64,000 bases of DNA from a virus. Below, piece by piece: positions 37,423-48,025 of this stretch. The stretch's first letter is position 1. Every line of letters begins with the position of its first letter. The notes under the pieces are model-generated. The model saw only the letters and a program-made list of their open reading frames with translations, was not told where the DNA came from and made no database searches. The stretch lies in IMG/VR virus record IMGVR_UViG_3300028920_000038, positions 32,001-96,000 of that record; one strand, written 5' to 3'. A program made the translations under genes and the position numbers.

Positions 37423-38432
37423 AAAATGATGCATTTAATAATAATAAAATTTTATTGCACGGAGACAAGTTAAAAGAATATATGGATAATAAAAAAACAT
37501 CCTCTCCTATAACTTTAACCATAGACCTTACTAATAAATGTAATAATAAATGTCCGAAATGCGTTACAAGATTTAAAAATAGTGAAACACTTAGTTATAA
37601 ATTTATAGTTAATTTACTATATGATCTAAAGAAATTAGGAGTTAGAGGAATTCAAATAACTGGAGGTGGGGAACCTTTATTACATCCAAGAATAGTGGAT
37701 ATCATAGAGTTAGGAAATAATCTAGGATTTAGTATAGGTTTAGTGACTAGTGGACAGTATGTAGATGGATTAGATAAAAAAAGACTATTAGAAAATCTTA
37801 AATGGATAAGAATTTCATTAGATGCTGGAACACCAGAACATTACAAAGAAACTCATGGATTAGAATCAGATAAATTCGATAGAGTAATAAAATTTATTTA
37901 TGATCTTTGTGACTTTAAAATAGAGAATAATATCCCTGTGACAATAGGAGCAAGTTATCTAGTTTCTCTATGGGATAAAGATAGGGAAGAAGAAGATATT
38001 CATAAAGCAGTTGAGATATTACAAATACCAGGTTTTGATTATTTACAGGTAAAACAATATCACGGAAATAAAATAGAAATAGATTATTTAGATAAAACTA
38101 AAATGATATCTAATATAAACTTATATAATACATTTAAGACTAGGAGATATAATAGAAATTATAAATATTGTCATGGAGCTCACTTTACTACATCAATATC
38201 TGCTGATGGAAAATTATATGTATGCTGTCATTTGAAGAATGAAGAATTATATCCAATAGCAGATTTAAACAAAGAAAGTATATTAGATGTTTGGAATAGT
38301 AAAAAAATGTTAGATATTATTAAAGATTTAGATATATCTAAATGTATATCTAATTGTAAATATAATACATTAAATTGTGTATTAGAAGATGCAATTAGAA
38401 AAAATAAATCATTCCATAAGGATTTTTTATGA
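37419..38432 (+). CDS. Radical SAM enzyme with SPASM/twitch domain
   Basis: CNNKCPKC, TGGGEP, RISLDA, YCHG...DGKLYVCC; start probably ATA 37419 (track start TTG 37455). Confidence 0.9.
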   Translation: MENDAFNNNKILLHGDKLKEYMDNKKTSSPITLTIDLTNKCNNKCPKCVTRFKNSETLSYKFIVNLLYDLKKLGVRGIQITGGGEPLLHPRIVDIIELGNNLGFSIGLVTSGQYVDGLDKKRLLENLKWIRISLDAGTPEHYKETHGLESDKFDRVIKFIYDLCDFKIENNIPVTIGASYLVSLWDKDREEEDIHKAVEILQIPGFDYLQVKQYHGNKIEIDYLDKTKMISNINLYNTFKTRRYNRNYKYCHGAHFTTSISADGKLYVCCHLKNEELYPIADLNKESILDVWNSKKMLDIIKDLDISKCISNCKYNTLNCVLEDAIRKNKSFHKDFL

Positions 38433-39235
38433 AAGATAAAATAACTATTGTTACATTTACACACTATTGGACAAATGCTCCAAGTACAGAATTGATAGAT
38501 AAAACATTTGATAGTCTATATAGTAGATTACCATTAACTGATTGTAGACATATTATAAATTATGATATGCCTGAAAATAATAAAAAGTATAGAGAATATT
38601 ATAATAATCTATTAAAATTAAAGGATAAATATAATAAGAATATAGAGATTACAACATTCTCTATAAAAAATAAAAAGCGTTCTTATATATATTCAGATAT
38701 AGTTGATACTATAACAACTCCTTATGTAATTCTTTGGGAGCATGATTTTGTTCTTTTACGGGATATAGATTTAGAATCTATTATAAATGCTATGGATTAT
38801 CATGAAGAGATAAATTATATAAAATTTAATAAGAGAATAAATAAACCTACTATAAATAGGAGAGATAGCACTAAAAAAACTATTGATGGATGGTTAGAAA
38901 AAGAAGATAGATACGAAATTCCTCTATTAAAAACTTGTGGCTATTCAGGATCTCCTCATATAGAAAGAGTTTCATGGTTTAAATGTGTATGTAAGAAATT
39001 AATTTATACCATACCTGTAAATAAACAAACATCTATAGAGAGAGCTATAAATAAATGGTTATTTCATAAAAGAAATAGATTTGGTGAAAAAAAATTTCAT
39101 AATAAAGTTGGATTATATATATATGGAAATATTAATGATAAACCTTATGTAAAAGAAATATATGACTATAAAAGTAAAGAAGCTTGGGGGAATAAACTAC
39201 CGAGTAAAACCTGGAGAAAAATTAATGAAAAATAA
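38429..39235 (+). CDS. GT-A glycosyltransferase-like
   Basis: WEHD (DxD-like) motif; island context. Confidence 0.55.
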   Translation: MKDKITIVTFTHYWTNAPSTELIDKTFDSLYSRLPLTDCRHIINYDMPENNKKYREYYNNLLKLKDKYNKNIEITTFSIKNKKRSYIYSDIVDTITTPYVILWEHDFVLLRDIDLESIINAMDYHEEINYIKFNKRINKPTINRRDSTKKTIDGWLEKEDRYEIPLLKTCGYSGSPHIERVSWFKCVCKKLIYTIPVNKQTSIERAINKWLFHKRNRFGEKKFHNKVGLYIYGNINDKPYVKEIYDYKSKEAWGNKLPSKTWRKINEK

Positions 39236-39836
39236 TGAACTAATAAAAAATGATATAGATAAATATATTTATGACAATTTATTTTTAATGAAAGATTTAT
39301 GGACTAAAGGAAAGGAATTAGGTGGAAAACCTGTAATACAAATTTTTCCTCACGATATTTTGGTAATAGTTCAATGGTTAAAATTAATAAAACCAAAAAC
39401 ATTGTTAGAGATAGGTACAGCTTTTGGAGGAAGTGGTTGTATATTAAAAATGGCTTTTCCAGATCTAAAATATATAACATTAGATTTACCTCCTCCTAGC
39501 GATTGGGTGAGAACTCATAATCAAGCAGGAAGATTTTTACCTTCAGATGTTATAAAGGAATATGGAGACTCAAAAGATGTTCTGTCTGATCTTATTGATA
39601 AATATAAACCAGATGTAATATTCCATGATGGAGATCATTCAGAAGATCCAGTTAAAAGAGATATTAAAGTCTGTTACGATAAAAAAATAAAATGGGTAAT
39701 ATTACATGATTCTCATAAAACATATTTGAGACAATTCTTACTTCATAATAATTATTATGAAGAAGTTTATTTCATTCACCTTAAAGGATTTGTAACTCCA
39801 TCTCCAGGTATATCTATACTTAAATTGAAAGAATGA
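39225..39836 (+). CDS. Class I SAM methyltransferase (Methyltransf_24/CmcI-like)
   Basis: LEIGTAFGGS, FHDGDH and LHD. Confidence 0.8.
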   Translation: MKNNELIKNDIDKYIYDNLFLMKDLWTKGKELGGKPVIQIFPHDILVIVQWLKLIKPKTLLEIGTAFGGSGCILKMAFPDLKYITLDLPPPSDWVRTHNQAGRFLPSDVIKEYGDSKDVLSDLIDKYKPDVIFHDGDHSEDPVKRDIKVCYDKKIKWVILHDSHKTYLRQFLLHNNYYEEVYFIHLKGFVTPSPGISILKLKE

Positions 39837-40459
39837 AAGAAACTATTTTATTTATAGGACCTCATCCAGATGATATAGAGATAAGTTGTGGAGGATCATT
39901 ATCTTATTTCAGCAAAGAATATTATACTGTATGTATATACCTAACTAAAGGAGAGATGGGTGGAGATCCTATAATAAGAGAAGAAGAGAGTAAATTATCT
40001 TGTGATATTTTAGGAGCAGATAAGATAATATTTGGAAATTTCAGAGATACATGTATTCCATATAATATTGAAACTATAAGTTTCTTAGAACAACAATACA
40101 ATAGGTATAAACCAAGTATTATATTTATTCCGAGTTCAAAAGATAGTCATCAAGATCATAGAAAAACAAATCTCTCTTGTAAAGCTGCATTTAGAAAAGC
40201 TAATAGAATATTAGAATATGAAACCTCTTCAGTAGATAATAATTATAATCCAGTATTTTTTATAGATATTAGTGAATTTATAGAAATAAAAGAAAAGGCC
40301 TTAAAAATGCATAAAACACAAATGCATAAAAATGCAATGGATTACAAAGCAATTATAAATTTGTCAAGTTTTAGAGGAAGACAAGTAAATGTAAACAATG
40401 CAGAAGCATTTGAAATAGTGAAATATTTATATGACAACTATAGCAATACATCAACCTAA
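39833..40459 (+). CDS. PIG-L/LmbE-family deacetylase
   Basis: GPHPDDIE, REEES and HQDH. Confidence 0.9.
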   Translation: MKETILFIGPHPDDIEISCGGSLSYFSKEYYTVCIYLTKGEMGGDPIIREEESKLSCDILGADKIIFGNFRDTCIPYNIETISFLEQQYNRYKPSIIFIPSSKDSHQDHRKTNLSCKAAFRKANRILEYETSSVDNNYNPVFFIDISEFIEIKEKALKMHKTQMHKNAMDYKAIINLSSFRGRQVNVNNAEAFEIVKYLYDNYSNTST

Positions 40460-41117
40460 TTATCTACCTTATATTGGGTTTTTTCATAAAATCCTTATTA
40501 GTGATATTTTTATTATATATGATGATGCCCAATATTCTAGAAAAGATTTTCATAGAAGAAATAGAATAAAAATTAATTCAAAACAAAAGTGGTTATCAGT
40601 ACCATTGATAGGAAGTAGTTTTAATAAAATTAATGAAATGAGAATCAATAATAATATAGAATGGCAAAAAGAACATTGGAAATTTATAAACATATCATAT
40701 GAAAAATCTTCATATTTTCCAGAGATCATAGATGCATTTTATGATATTTATCATAAAGAATATAAATATCTCATAGATATAAATATGGATTTAATATTTA
40801 AATTAATGGATATTCTTGACTTAGATAATAATAAAATAGTATTTAGCTCAAAAATGAATTTAAAAAAGACCAAAGTGGATAGATTAATAGAGATGATAAA
40901 AAAGAAAGAAGGAACAACCTATTTTAGTGGAATAGGGGGTAAAAATTATATAGATGAAACATTATTTTTGGAAAATAATATAAATTTAATATACCAGAAA
41001 TTTGATCATCCAATCTATAAACAAATAAAAGGAGATTTTATACCAAATTTATCTATAATAGATATGCTATTTAACTGTGGTGAAGAATATACAAAAAATA
41101 AATTAAGAGAATTATAA
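40431..41117 (+). CDS. WbqC-like protein
   Basis: AIHQPNYLPYIGFFHK, NRIK, YFSGIGG and LSIIDMLFN. Confidence 0.9.
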   Translation: MTTIAIHQPNYLPYIGFFHKILISDIFIIYDDAQYSRKDFHRRNRIKINSKQKWLSVPLIGSSFNKINEMRINNNIEWQKEHWKFINISYEKSSYFPEIIDAFYDIYHKEYKYLIDINMDLIFKLMDILDLDNNKIVFSSKMNLKKTKVDRLIEMIKKKEGTTYFSGIGGKNYIDETLFLENNINLIYQKFDHPIYKQIKGDFIPNLSIIDMLFNCGEEYTKNKLREL

Positions 41118-41947
41118 TGGATGATTACAAAATATTTTATTCTTGCAATGCAAGTGAAGGAAAAATGTTAAAGTATTTATTTTATTCTATATTATCTGCT
41201 AGAAAATATATTAATAAAGAAGATGTATTAGTATATCTACACCCACCATATAATAATGAGAATACTGAATTAATAGATAAGATAAAGAAAATATCTAAAG
41301 TTACCAATTTGGATGATTACATTGGAATTCCATATTCTGTCCATCCAAAGTCAGATCCTAATAATAAAAGATATTTTGGAGAAAAATTAAATGTTATAAA
41401 TGTTGATTCTGATATAGTAATAGCATTAGATTGTGATACTTTTATATACAAAGATCCTATTATATTATTAGAAGGAGATTATGACTTTGGTGCAAATGCT
41501 ACAGATTTAACAAAAACTTCTTGGCAATCCAAGAATAATCTTATAGAAATTATGAGAAGAGTATATAAATTTAAACTAAGTGATGAAATACATTTATGGA
41601 ATGGAGGAACTTATATATTTAAAAATAGATCTCATAAGAAGATAGGAAAATATTGGTTAGATATTTTTAATAATGATAGAAATACTCTAGATTATTGTAT
41701 GAAACCAAATAGAAAAGTGTATGATCAAACTGCATTATCAGTAGCCACTGCTAAATACAGATTAAAATTAAAAACATTTTCTGATAAAGTCATATCAGAA
41801 GTAAGAGGAAAAGAAGGAAAATGGTCAAAAGACGATATCCCAGAAGAAAGTGTTATAGTACATGGGAATGGATTAGCAGATGGAATTGGAATGAAAGAAG
41901 AGTTAGATTTATTTTATTGTAAATTGATAGGTGATAGTCATGACTAA
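41117..41947 (+). CDS. GT-A glycosyltransferase (GT8-like)
   Basis: LDCD (DxD), NGG and DQ motifs. Confidence 0.65.
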   Translation: MDDYKIFYSCNASEGKMLKYLFYSILSARKYINKEDVLVYLHPPYNNENTELIDKIKKISKVTNLDDYIGIPYSVHPKSDPNNKRYFGEKLNVINVDSDIVIALDCDTFIYKDPIILLEGDYDFGANATDLTKTSWQSKNNLIEIMRRVYKFKLSDEIHLWNGGTYIFKNRSHKKIGKYWLDIFNNDRNTLDYCMKPNRKVYDQTALSVATAKYRLKLKTFSDKVISEVRGKEGKWSKDDIPEESVIVHGNGLADGIGMKEELDLFYCKLIGDSHD

Positions 41948-42947
41948 GATATCAGTATTATTAGCAACAAATAGAGTAAATAGGAATGTATTCCCATATA
42001 TACAAAAGTGTGTAGATGGATTAGATTATTTACAAGAAGATACATTTACAGATGAATTCTATGAATTGTGTAATAATACATTATTGAATATACAATACCA
42101 TTTCTTAGAGACTTCTCTTATATCTCTTTCAAATCAAAAATTCAAAGATTTTGAAGTTATTATATCTCATAGATATCCAAAAGATGCAGAGATGATAGTT
42201 AAGGAATATGTAGATAATTATAATGTCCCAATTAGATTAGTGAAAGAGAAGCATTCGGTATGGCATGATTTAGGAGAACAATACCATACAGTAGCTAATA
42301 ATAAGAATACCGCATTCATAAATTCATCTGGTGAATTGATATATCATATAGATGATCTTACATTTTTTAATGAAAATCTTTTACAAGAAGCTTGGGATGA
42401 ATATCAAAATGGTAATTATATGACTGGAAGAACGGTAAGGTGTATAACATATGATAAAAATTTAGAAAACTCGATAGATAAAGTGGGACCTAATAAGATA
42501 CAAATAACTAAGAATGGTTGGACTGGACAAAAGAAACCTTTAACTAACGATAAATACATTCCTATGAATATGTTTTGGACTTGCAGTGCATCTGTATCGG
42601 CAGAGGAATTATTAGAGATAAATGGATATGATGAGTTATATGATGGATCATTAGCTGGAATAGATATGGATGCTGGAAATAGGTTATCACGTATTAGTAA
42701 TTATAATAGAATAGCTAGCGAAAATTACCTATATGAAATAGATGATCCTACACCGAAGAATATGGTTAGAGATGATGTTCTTATGAGAAAGATATTTAGA
42801 GTAAGTCATATAAGAGCTAATTCTTGGAAACCTAAAAAATTTCAGATTAGGAGATATGAGAATTGGCATAAACATACATTAGGAGAATTAGATCCTAATT
42901 GGGATAAATTTATGGACATTCCATTTTATAATATAGAGAGAATATGA
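41931..42947 (+). CDS. GT2-like glycosyltransferase
   Basis: ISVLLAT, KNTA, IDD, INGYDE and D.D.G.RL. Confidence 0.75.
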   Translation: MIVMTKISVLLATNRVNRNVFPYIQKCVDGLDYLQEDTFTDEFYELCNNTLLNIQYHFLETSLISLSNQKFKDFEVIISHRYPKDAEMIVKEYVDNYNVPIRLVKEKHSVWHDLGEQYHTVANNKNTAFINSSGELIYHIDDLTFFNENLLQEAWDEYQNGNYMTGRTVRCITYDKNLENSIDKVGPNKIQITKNGWTGQKKPLTNDKYIPMNMFWTCSASVSAEELLEINGYDELYDGSLAGIDMDAGNRLSRISNYNRIASENYLYEIDDPTPKNMVRDDVLMRKIFRVSHIRANSWKPKKFQIRRYENWHKHTLGELDPNWDKFMDIPFYNIERI

Positions 42948-43624
42948 AAATAGAAAATATTAAATATCATCTAGTTGCTAATCATAAAATAGCATACAAA
43001 TTAAATTCTGAAGAAATACTAAATGAAAATTCTGTAATTTTTGACTGTGGTGCATATGTTGGGAAATTTACAGAAGAAATATTTAGATTAATTAATCCTA
43101 ATATAAATATGTTTTTATACGAACCTAATATAATTTTATATAAAAAACTAGTAGATAAATTTGAAAATAAGGAGAATGTAAATATTTTTAATAAAGCAAT
43201 TTCAAATAAAGTTGGTTTTAATAATTTGTATTTAGGTAAAAATTTGAATGAGAGTAGTTTAAAAAAATCAAAGAAAGGATTGACTAATGATTATTTAAAT
43301 GTAGAAACAACAACTATACCGAATGAAATAATAAAATTAAATTTAAAGTATATAGATGTTATAAAATTAAATGTAGAAGGAGAAGAATTAGATATTATAA
43401 ATAATTTAGATAAAGGTGTTCTAGAGAAAATAGGACAATTTGCTGTTGCATTTCATTTAAATAATGGAATAAAAGATTATACACAAGAAATTCATGATAA
43501 TACTATAAAATATATGATAAATAATGGATTTACTTCTAGTAATTACTATAAAAATAAACATAAATTATTTTTTAATGAAAAGTGGTATAATACTGACAAA
43601 TATAAGGAGTTAAGATATGGATAG
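42944..43624 (+). CDS. FkbM-family methyltransferase
   Basis: FDCGAYVG, YEP and KLNVEGEE. Confidence 0.85.
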   Translation: MKIENIKYHLVANHKIAYKLNSEEILNENSVIFDCGAYVGKFTEEIFRLINPNINMFLYEPNIILYKKLVDKFENKENVNIFNKAISNKVGFNNLYLGKNLNESSLKKSKKGLTNDYLNVETTTIPNEIIKLNLKYIDVIKLNVEGEELDIINNLDKGVLEKIGQFAVAFHLNNGIKDYTQEIHDNTIKYMINNGFTSSNYYKNKHKLFFNEKWYNTDKYKELRYG

Positions 43625-44624
43625 AGAAATATTAATAACTGGAGGATGTGGTTTTATAGGACATCATCTAGCAGAGCATTTATTGAAAAACACTAATTGG
43701 AATATAAAAATACTGGATAGTTTGACATATGCAGGCATACAAAAAAGAATAACAGATATGGGAGCTTATAAAGATAATAAAGATAGAATAAAATTTATAT
43801 TTCATGATTTAAGAGCAGAATTAAATAAAACAACTATAAAAGATTTAGGACAATTAGATTATATTGTTCATATGGCTGCAGAGACACATGTAGATAATAG
43901 TTTAATAGATGCTAGACCATTTATAGAAACAAATGTTATTGGTACTATGAATTTATTAAATTATATAAAAGATAATGATATCGGATTAAAACGGTTTATT
44001 AACTTCAGTACTGATGAAGTTTATGGATCTGCTCCGGATGATTATGATTATAAAGAAGATGATAGATGGAGACCTTCTAATCCGTATTCTGCTAGTAAAT
44101 GTGGACAATCTGCATTAGGAATTGCTTATGCAACATCATTTGGTTTACCTATTATACATACTTATACAATGAATGTTTTTGGGGAGAGACAACATCCAGA
44201 GAAATTAATACCTAAAACTATAAGAACATTTAAAGAAGGGAAACCAATGACAATTCATTGTAAAAAAGAAGGAGATAAAGTTACAGAAATAGGAAAAAGA
44301 TATTGGCTCCATGCAAGAAATGCATCCGATGCAGTTCTATTTCTGTTAGATAAGGGTAAAAATAATGATCACTATAATATAGTAGGAGATATAGAATTAA
44401 CCAATTTGGAGATGACAGATAAAATAGCTAAATATATGGGATTAGATAATCCAAAGTATGATTTTGTAGATTTTCATAAAACTAGACCAGGCCATGATAG
44501 AAGATATTCTCTAGATGGAAATAAACTACGGAAAATGGGATGGAAAGCAAAAGTAGATTTTGAAGAATCTTTAGACAGAACCGTAAAATGGTCTATTAAT
44601 AATATGGATTGGCTATATTTATGA
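43617..44624 (+). CDS. rmlB: dTDP-glucose 4,6-dehydratase
   Basis: GGCGFIG, HMAAETHVD, STDEVYG, YSASK and RPGHDRRY. Confidence 0.9.
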   Translation: MDREILITGGCGFIGHHLAEHLLKNTNWNIKILDSLTYAGIQKRITDMGAYKDNKDRIKFIFHDLRAELNKTTIKDLGQLDYIVHMAAETHVDNSLIDARPFIETNVIGTMNLLNYIKDNDIGLKRFINFSTDEVYGSAPDDYDYKEDDRWRPSNPYSASKCGQSALGIAYATSFGLPIIHTYTMNVFGERQHPEKLIPKTIRTFKEGKPMTIHCKKEGDKVTEIGKRYWLHARNASDAVLFLLDKGKNNDHYNIVGDIELTNLEMTDKIAKYMGLDNPKYDFVDFHKTRPGHDRRYSLDGNKLRKMGWKAKVDFEESLDRTVKWSINNMDWLYL

Positions 44625-45838
44625 AACATAAAATAAGGAATGAATGTCTAATATGTAAAAATAAGAATCTTCACAAATTTTTAGAATTAGGGAACATGCC
44701 TCTCCCTAATAAATTTATAGATAAAGAGGAATTTAATAATGAGGAGTTCTATCCATTAAATGTATACGTTTGTGATAAGTGTTTTCTTGTACAATTAAAG
44801 GATATTATAGATCCAAAACTTCTATTTGATGATTATTTGTATATGACAGGAACTTCAAAGCCATTGGTGGATCATTTAAAAACTTTAGCAAAAGATTCTC
44901 TGAAATATCATAAAGATGGTTTAGTTATAGATATAGGATGTAATGATGGAACTCTATTAAAACATTATAAAAAATTAAATTTTAATACTATTGGAATAGA
45001 CCCTGCAAAGAAAATAACAGATATTGGAAAAAAAGAAGGATTAAATATTATAAATGATTATTTTAGTAGTAAGTGTGTAAAAAAAATATTAGAAATGTAT
45101 GGGAAAGCTAATATAATAACAGCAACAAACGTATTTGCACATACAGAAGATATAAAAACTATAATAGAGGGAGTTCGTGATTTATTGACAGAGGATGGAG
45201 TATTTATTATAGAAGTTCATCATTTGATGAATCTTATATTAAATAATGAATTTGATACTATATATCACGAGCATATATCATATTTTAGTTTATCATCTCT
45301 AATTCATCTTTTTAATTTATATGATATGACAATAATAGATGTTAGAGAAATATCTAATCATGGAGGATCATTAAGAGTTTTTATTAAAAAAACTGGAACT
45401 CCTTCAGATAATGTTTTTAAAATAATTGATAAAGAAAAAGAATTAGGTTTGTATTCTTTAGATACATATAATAATTTCTCAGAAAAAGTTAATGATATAA
45501 AAGATGAATTGATTGATACATTAAAAAATTTAAAAGAAAATGGAAATAGAATTACTGGATATGGAGCTACAGCTAAAGGAAATATACTATTAAACTATTG
45601 TAATATTGGTCCTGATATTCTAGATTATATTAGTGATAGAACTCCATTTAAATGTGGGAAATATAGTCCAGGGATGCATATCCCTATAATATCTGAAGAT
45701 AAATTTCATGATGACAATCCAGATTATGTTTTATTATTGGCTTGGAATTATAAGGATAATATATTAATTAAGGAAGATAAATTCAGAAAAAATGGTGGAA
45801 AATTTATAATTCCTATACCTAAACCAGAAATATTATGA
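44609..45838 (+). CDS. NDP-sugar C-methyltransferase (zinc-binding N-terminus)
   Basis: CLIC...LELG..PL...VCDKCFLVQ, DIGCNDG, HEHISYFS, HGGSLR and GYGA.AKG. Confidence 0.9.
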   Translation: MAIFMKHKIRNECLICKNKNLHKFLELGNMPLPNKFIDKEEFNNEEFYPLNVYVCDKCFLVQLKDIIDPKLLFDDYLYMTGTSKPLVDHLKTLAKDSLKYHKDGLVIDIGCNDGTLLKHYKKLNFNTIGIDPAKKITDIGKKEGLNIINDYFSSKCVKKILEMYGKANIITATNVFAHTEDIKTIIEGVRDLLTEDGVFIIEVHHLMNLILNNEFDTIYHEHISYFSLSSLIHLFNLYDMTIIDVREISNHGGSLRVFIKKTGTPSDNVFKIIDKEKELGLYSLDTYNNFSEKVNDIKDELIDTLKNLKENGNRITGYGATAKGNILLNYCNIGPDILDYISDRTPFKCGKYSPGMHIPIISEDKFHDDNPDYVLLLAWNYKDNILIKEDKFRKNGGKFIIPIPKPEIL

Positions 45839-46482
45839 TAGTTTATACTTCAATTTTTAATAATAATGATAGATTACCAGAACCATTAATTAAGAATAAA
45901 AATATAGAATATATTTGTTTTACAGATGGGCTCAAAAGAAGCAAAAAATCTATATGGAAAATAAAAACTGTGGATGGAATATACGATGGAACTAGGAATA
46001 ATAGATATTATAAAATAAATTCTCATTTATTTTTTCCATCAGAAGAGATTGTATTATATTTAGATCCAACATTTCTAATAATAAAGGATTTTTATAATAA
46101 AATTGAGGAATGGCTTGGAGATAAAGACATAGCTATTAGACCTCATCCTAAGAGAAAATCTATATATGAAGAAGCTGAATATTTAATAAATAATAAACCA
46201 CATAAGATAGATAGTAAAGAATTAATTATAAAACAAATGAATATGCTTAAAAATGAAGATTATCCTGAATCTGAACCTTTATGTGAAGGAGGATTTATTA
46301 TTAGAAGAAACACTGAACAAGTTAAGAAATTTAATGAGATGTGGTGGAATATAGTAAAGAATTATAGTAAGAGAGATCAATTGAGTTTTAATTATGTATC
46401 ATGGAAATTAGGAATAGGTTATAATTTAATAGAGAGAAAGGAAGTTGAAGAATATACCAGGAGAATAGCATGGCATCCTTAA
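45835..46482 (+). CDS. DUF616/TOD1-MUCI70-like glycosyltransferase
   Basis: VYTSI...D, YICFTD, RYYK..H, HP.R...YEE and RDQLSF. Confidence 0.8.
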   Translation: MIVYTSIFNNNDRLPEPLIKNKNIEYICFTDGLKRSKKSIWKIKTVDGIYDGTRNNRYYKINSHLFFPSEEIVLYLDPTFLIIKDFYNKIEEWLGDKDIAIRPHPKRKSIYEEAEYLINNKPHKIDSKELIIKQMNMLKNEDYPESEPLCEGGFIIRRNTEQVKKFNEMWWNIVKNYSKRDQLSFNYVSWKLGIGYNLIERKEVEEYTRRIAWHP

Positions 46483-47210
46483 GAAAGTTAGTAGTATTAA
46501 CTACAGTTGGATTAACAGATTATGTTATAGGAGCATTAGAATCTCTTAAAGAAGAAGAAGCTGATATACTCCTTATAGATGATGGAAGTTCAGTAGATTA
46601 TTCTTATATAATTAATAATTATGAAATAGATTTAATACAAAAGAAAAAAGGTAAAGGAGTTACAGATTCATGGAATATAGCATATAAATTATTTAAAGAT
46701 AATTATGATTATTGTTTATTTTCTAATGATGATGTAATATTCCCAGGAAGAGTACCTCCTGATATGTGGAATGGTTTGGAGAAATATATATTTTTAGGTC
46801 CTTTATCTGATCCTATAGGAAGTGGTAGATTCATGGGTAATTTTCAGAATATTACTACGTATCTTAGAGGAGTAAAAGATTTTAAAGATGTCAAATTAAT
46901 TCAGAATAGATTACAAAAGATACATCCTAATAAAAAGTATCTAGAAATAGGTAAAGATATAGTATTTCAAAGAAAAGAACCTCCATATATTAATGGCTTT
47001 TGTTTTTCTTTTAATAAGGATATAATTGAATATGAATTTCAAAAGGATATTTTATTTAATCCAAAGTATACAAATTCTGGAAATGATAAAGAATTGCAGA
47101 GAGATCGATTAAATAAAGGAAAGGCAATATCTATTAAATCTTATATATTTCACTATAAAGGAGGAACAATAGACCCTTATAGTAATACAAGACAGGAGAT
47201 TATTAATTAA
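46470..47210 (+). CDS. GT2 glycosyltransferase
   Basis: IDDGS, WN and SNDD. Confidence 0.75.
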   Translation: MASLRKLVVLTTVGLTDYVIGALESLKEEEADILLIDDGSSVDYSYIINNYEIDLIQKKKGKGVTDSWNIAYKLFKDNYDYCLFSNDDVIFPGRVPPDMWNGLEKYIFLGPLSDPIGSGRFMGNFQNITTYLRGVKDFKDVKLIQNRLQKIHPNKKYLEIGKDIVFQRKEPPYINGFCFSFNKDIIEYEFQKDILFNPKYTNSGNDKELQRDRLNKGKAISIKSYIFHYKGGTIDPYSNTRQEIIN

Positions 47211-48025
47211 TGATAATAATTACGATAGATGGTTTAAATTGGGATACAGCTAATAAATACTGTAAAGATATATTTGAAAATCAAAATATGAAAAAAATAA
47301 AAAATAATGTTAGATTATTTACAAATACACCAGATTCGGGCCAACCTACTCTTGTCGGTCTTACGTGTCTTTGGAGTGGAGAAAAAATTAGAAACTTTGA
47401 TAAAAATTTATTTGCTAGGGTAAATCCAAAATACAATGAGAATTATAAACTCTCATTTAAAGATAAGAGTGGAAATGATTTTGATTTAATATTTAACTAT
47501 TTTAATAAACCAAAAATTCAACTATCTCATCATGGAGGAAATCCTTATTCAAATAATGAAAAATATTTTAAATACTGGACAACACTAGAACCAAAAGTAA
47601 GAATATGCCCATCTGAAGAATGGTGTATAATACCTGAATTATTAAAGAAAGATTATGATTTTTTTCATATTCATACAGAAATTGGTAAGATAGGAGTATT
47701 ACAACATGGTCCTTACGAACAAGGGAGAATGCCTGCTTGTATTCCTTATGATCAAATAAGACAAGATAAAGAATTAAAAAAAGAAGTATATTTATTTGGT
47801 CTTAAAAGATGGATATTTATTATTAAAGAATATTTATCAAAGATGATTGATGATACAATAATAATAACAGCAGATCATGGAACATCATTAGAAAAAATAT
47901 TCAAACCAGAATACATTGATGACATTCCATTAATAATTAATAGAGATGTAGATTTATCAAATGTGACATATCAATGGGAATTAAAAAATTTTATAGTCGA
48001 TTTAAATGAAAGATATAAAGAATAA
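47210..48025 (+). CDS. Alkaline-phosphatase superfamily protein (candidate phosphonate transferase)
   Basis: ITIDG, PTLVGLTCLWSG (Thr), H, and TADHG. Confidence 0.7.
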   Translation: MIIITIDGLNWDTANKYCKDIFENQNMKKIKNNVRLFTNTPDSGQPTLVGLTCLWSGEKIRNFDKNLFARVNPKYNENYKLSFKDKSGNDFDLIFNYFNKPKIQLSHHGGNPYSNNEKYFKYWTTLEPKVRICPSEEWCIIPELLKKDYDFFHIHTEIGKIGVLQHGPYEQGRMPACIPYDQIRQDKELKKEVYLFGLKRWIFIIKEYLSKMIDDTIIITADHGTSLEKIFKPEYIDDIPLIINRDVDLSNVTYQWELKNFIVDLNERYKE

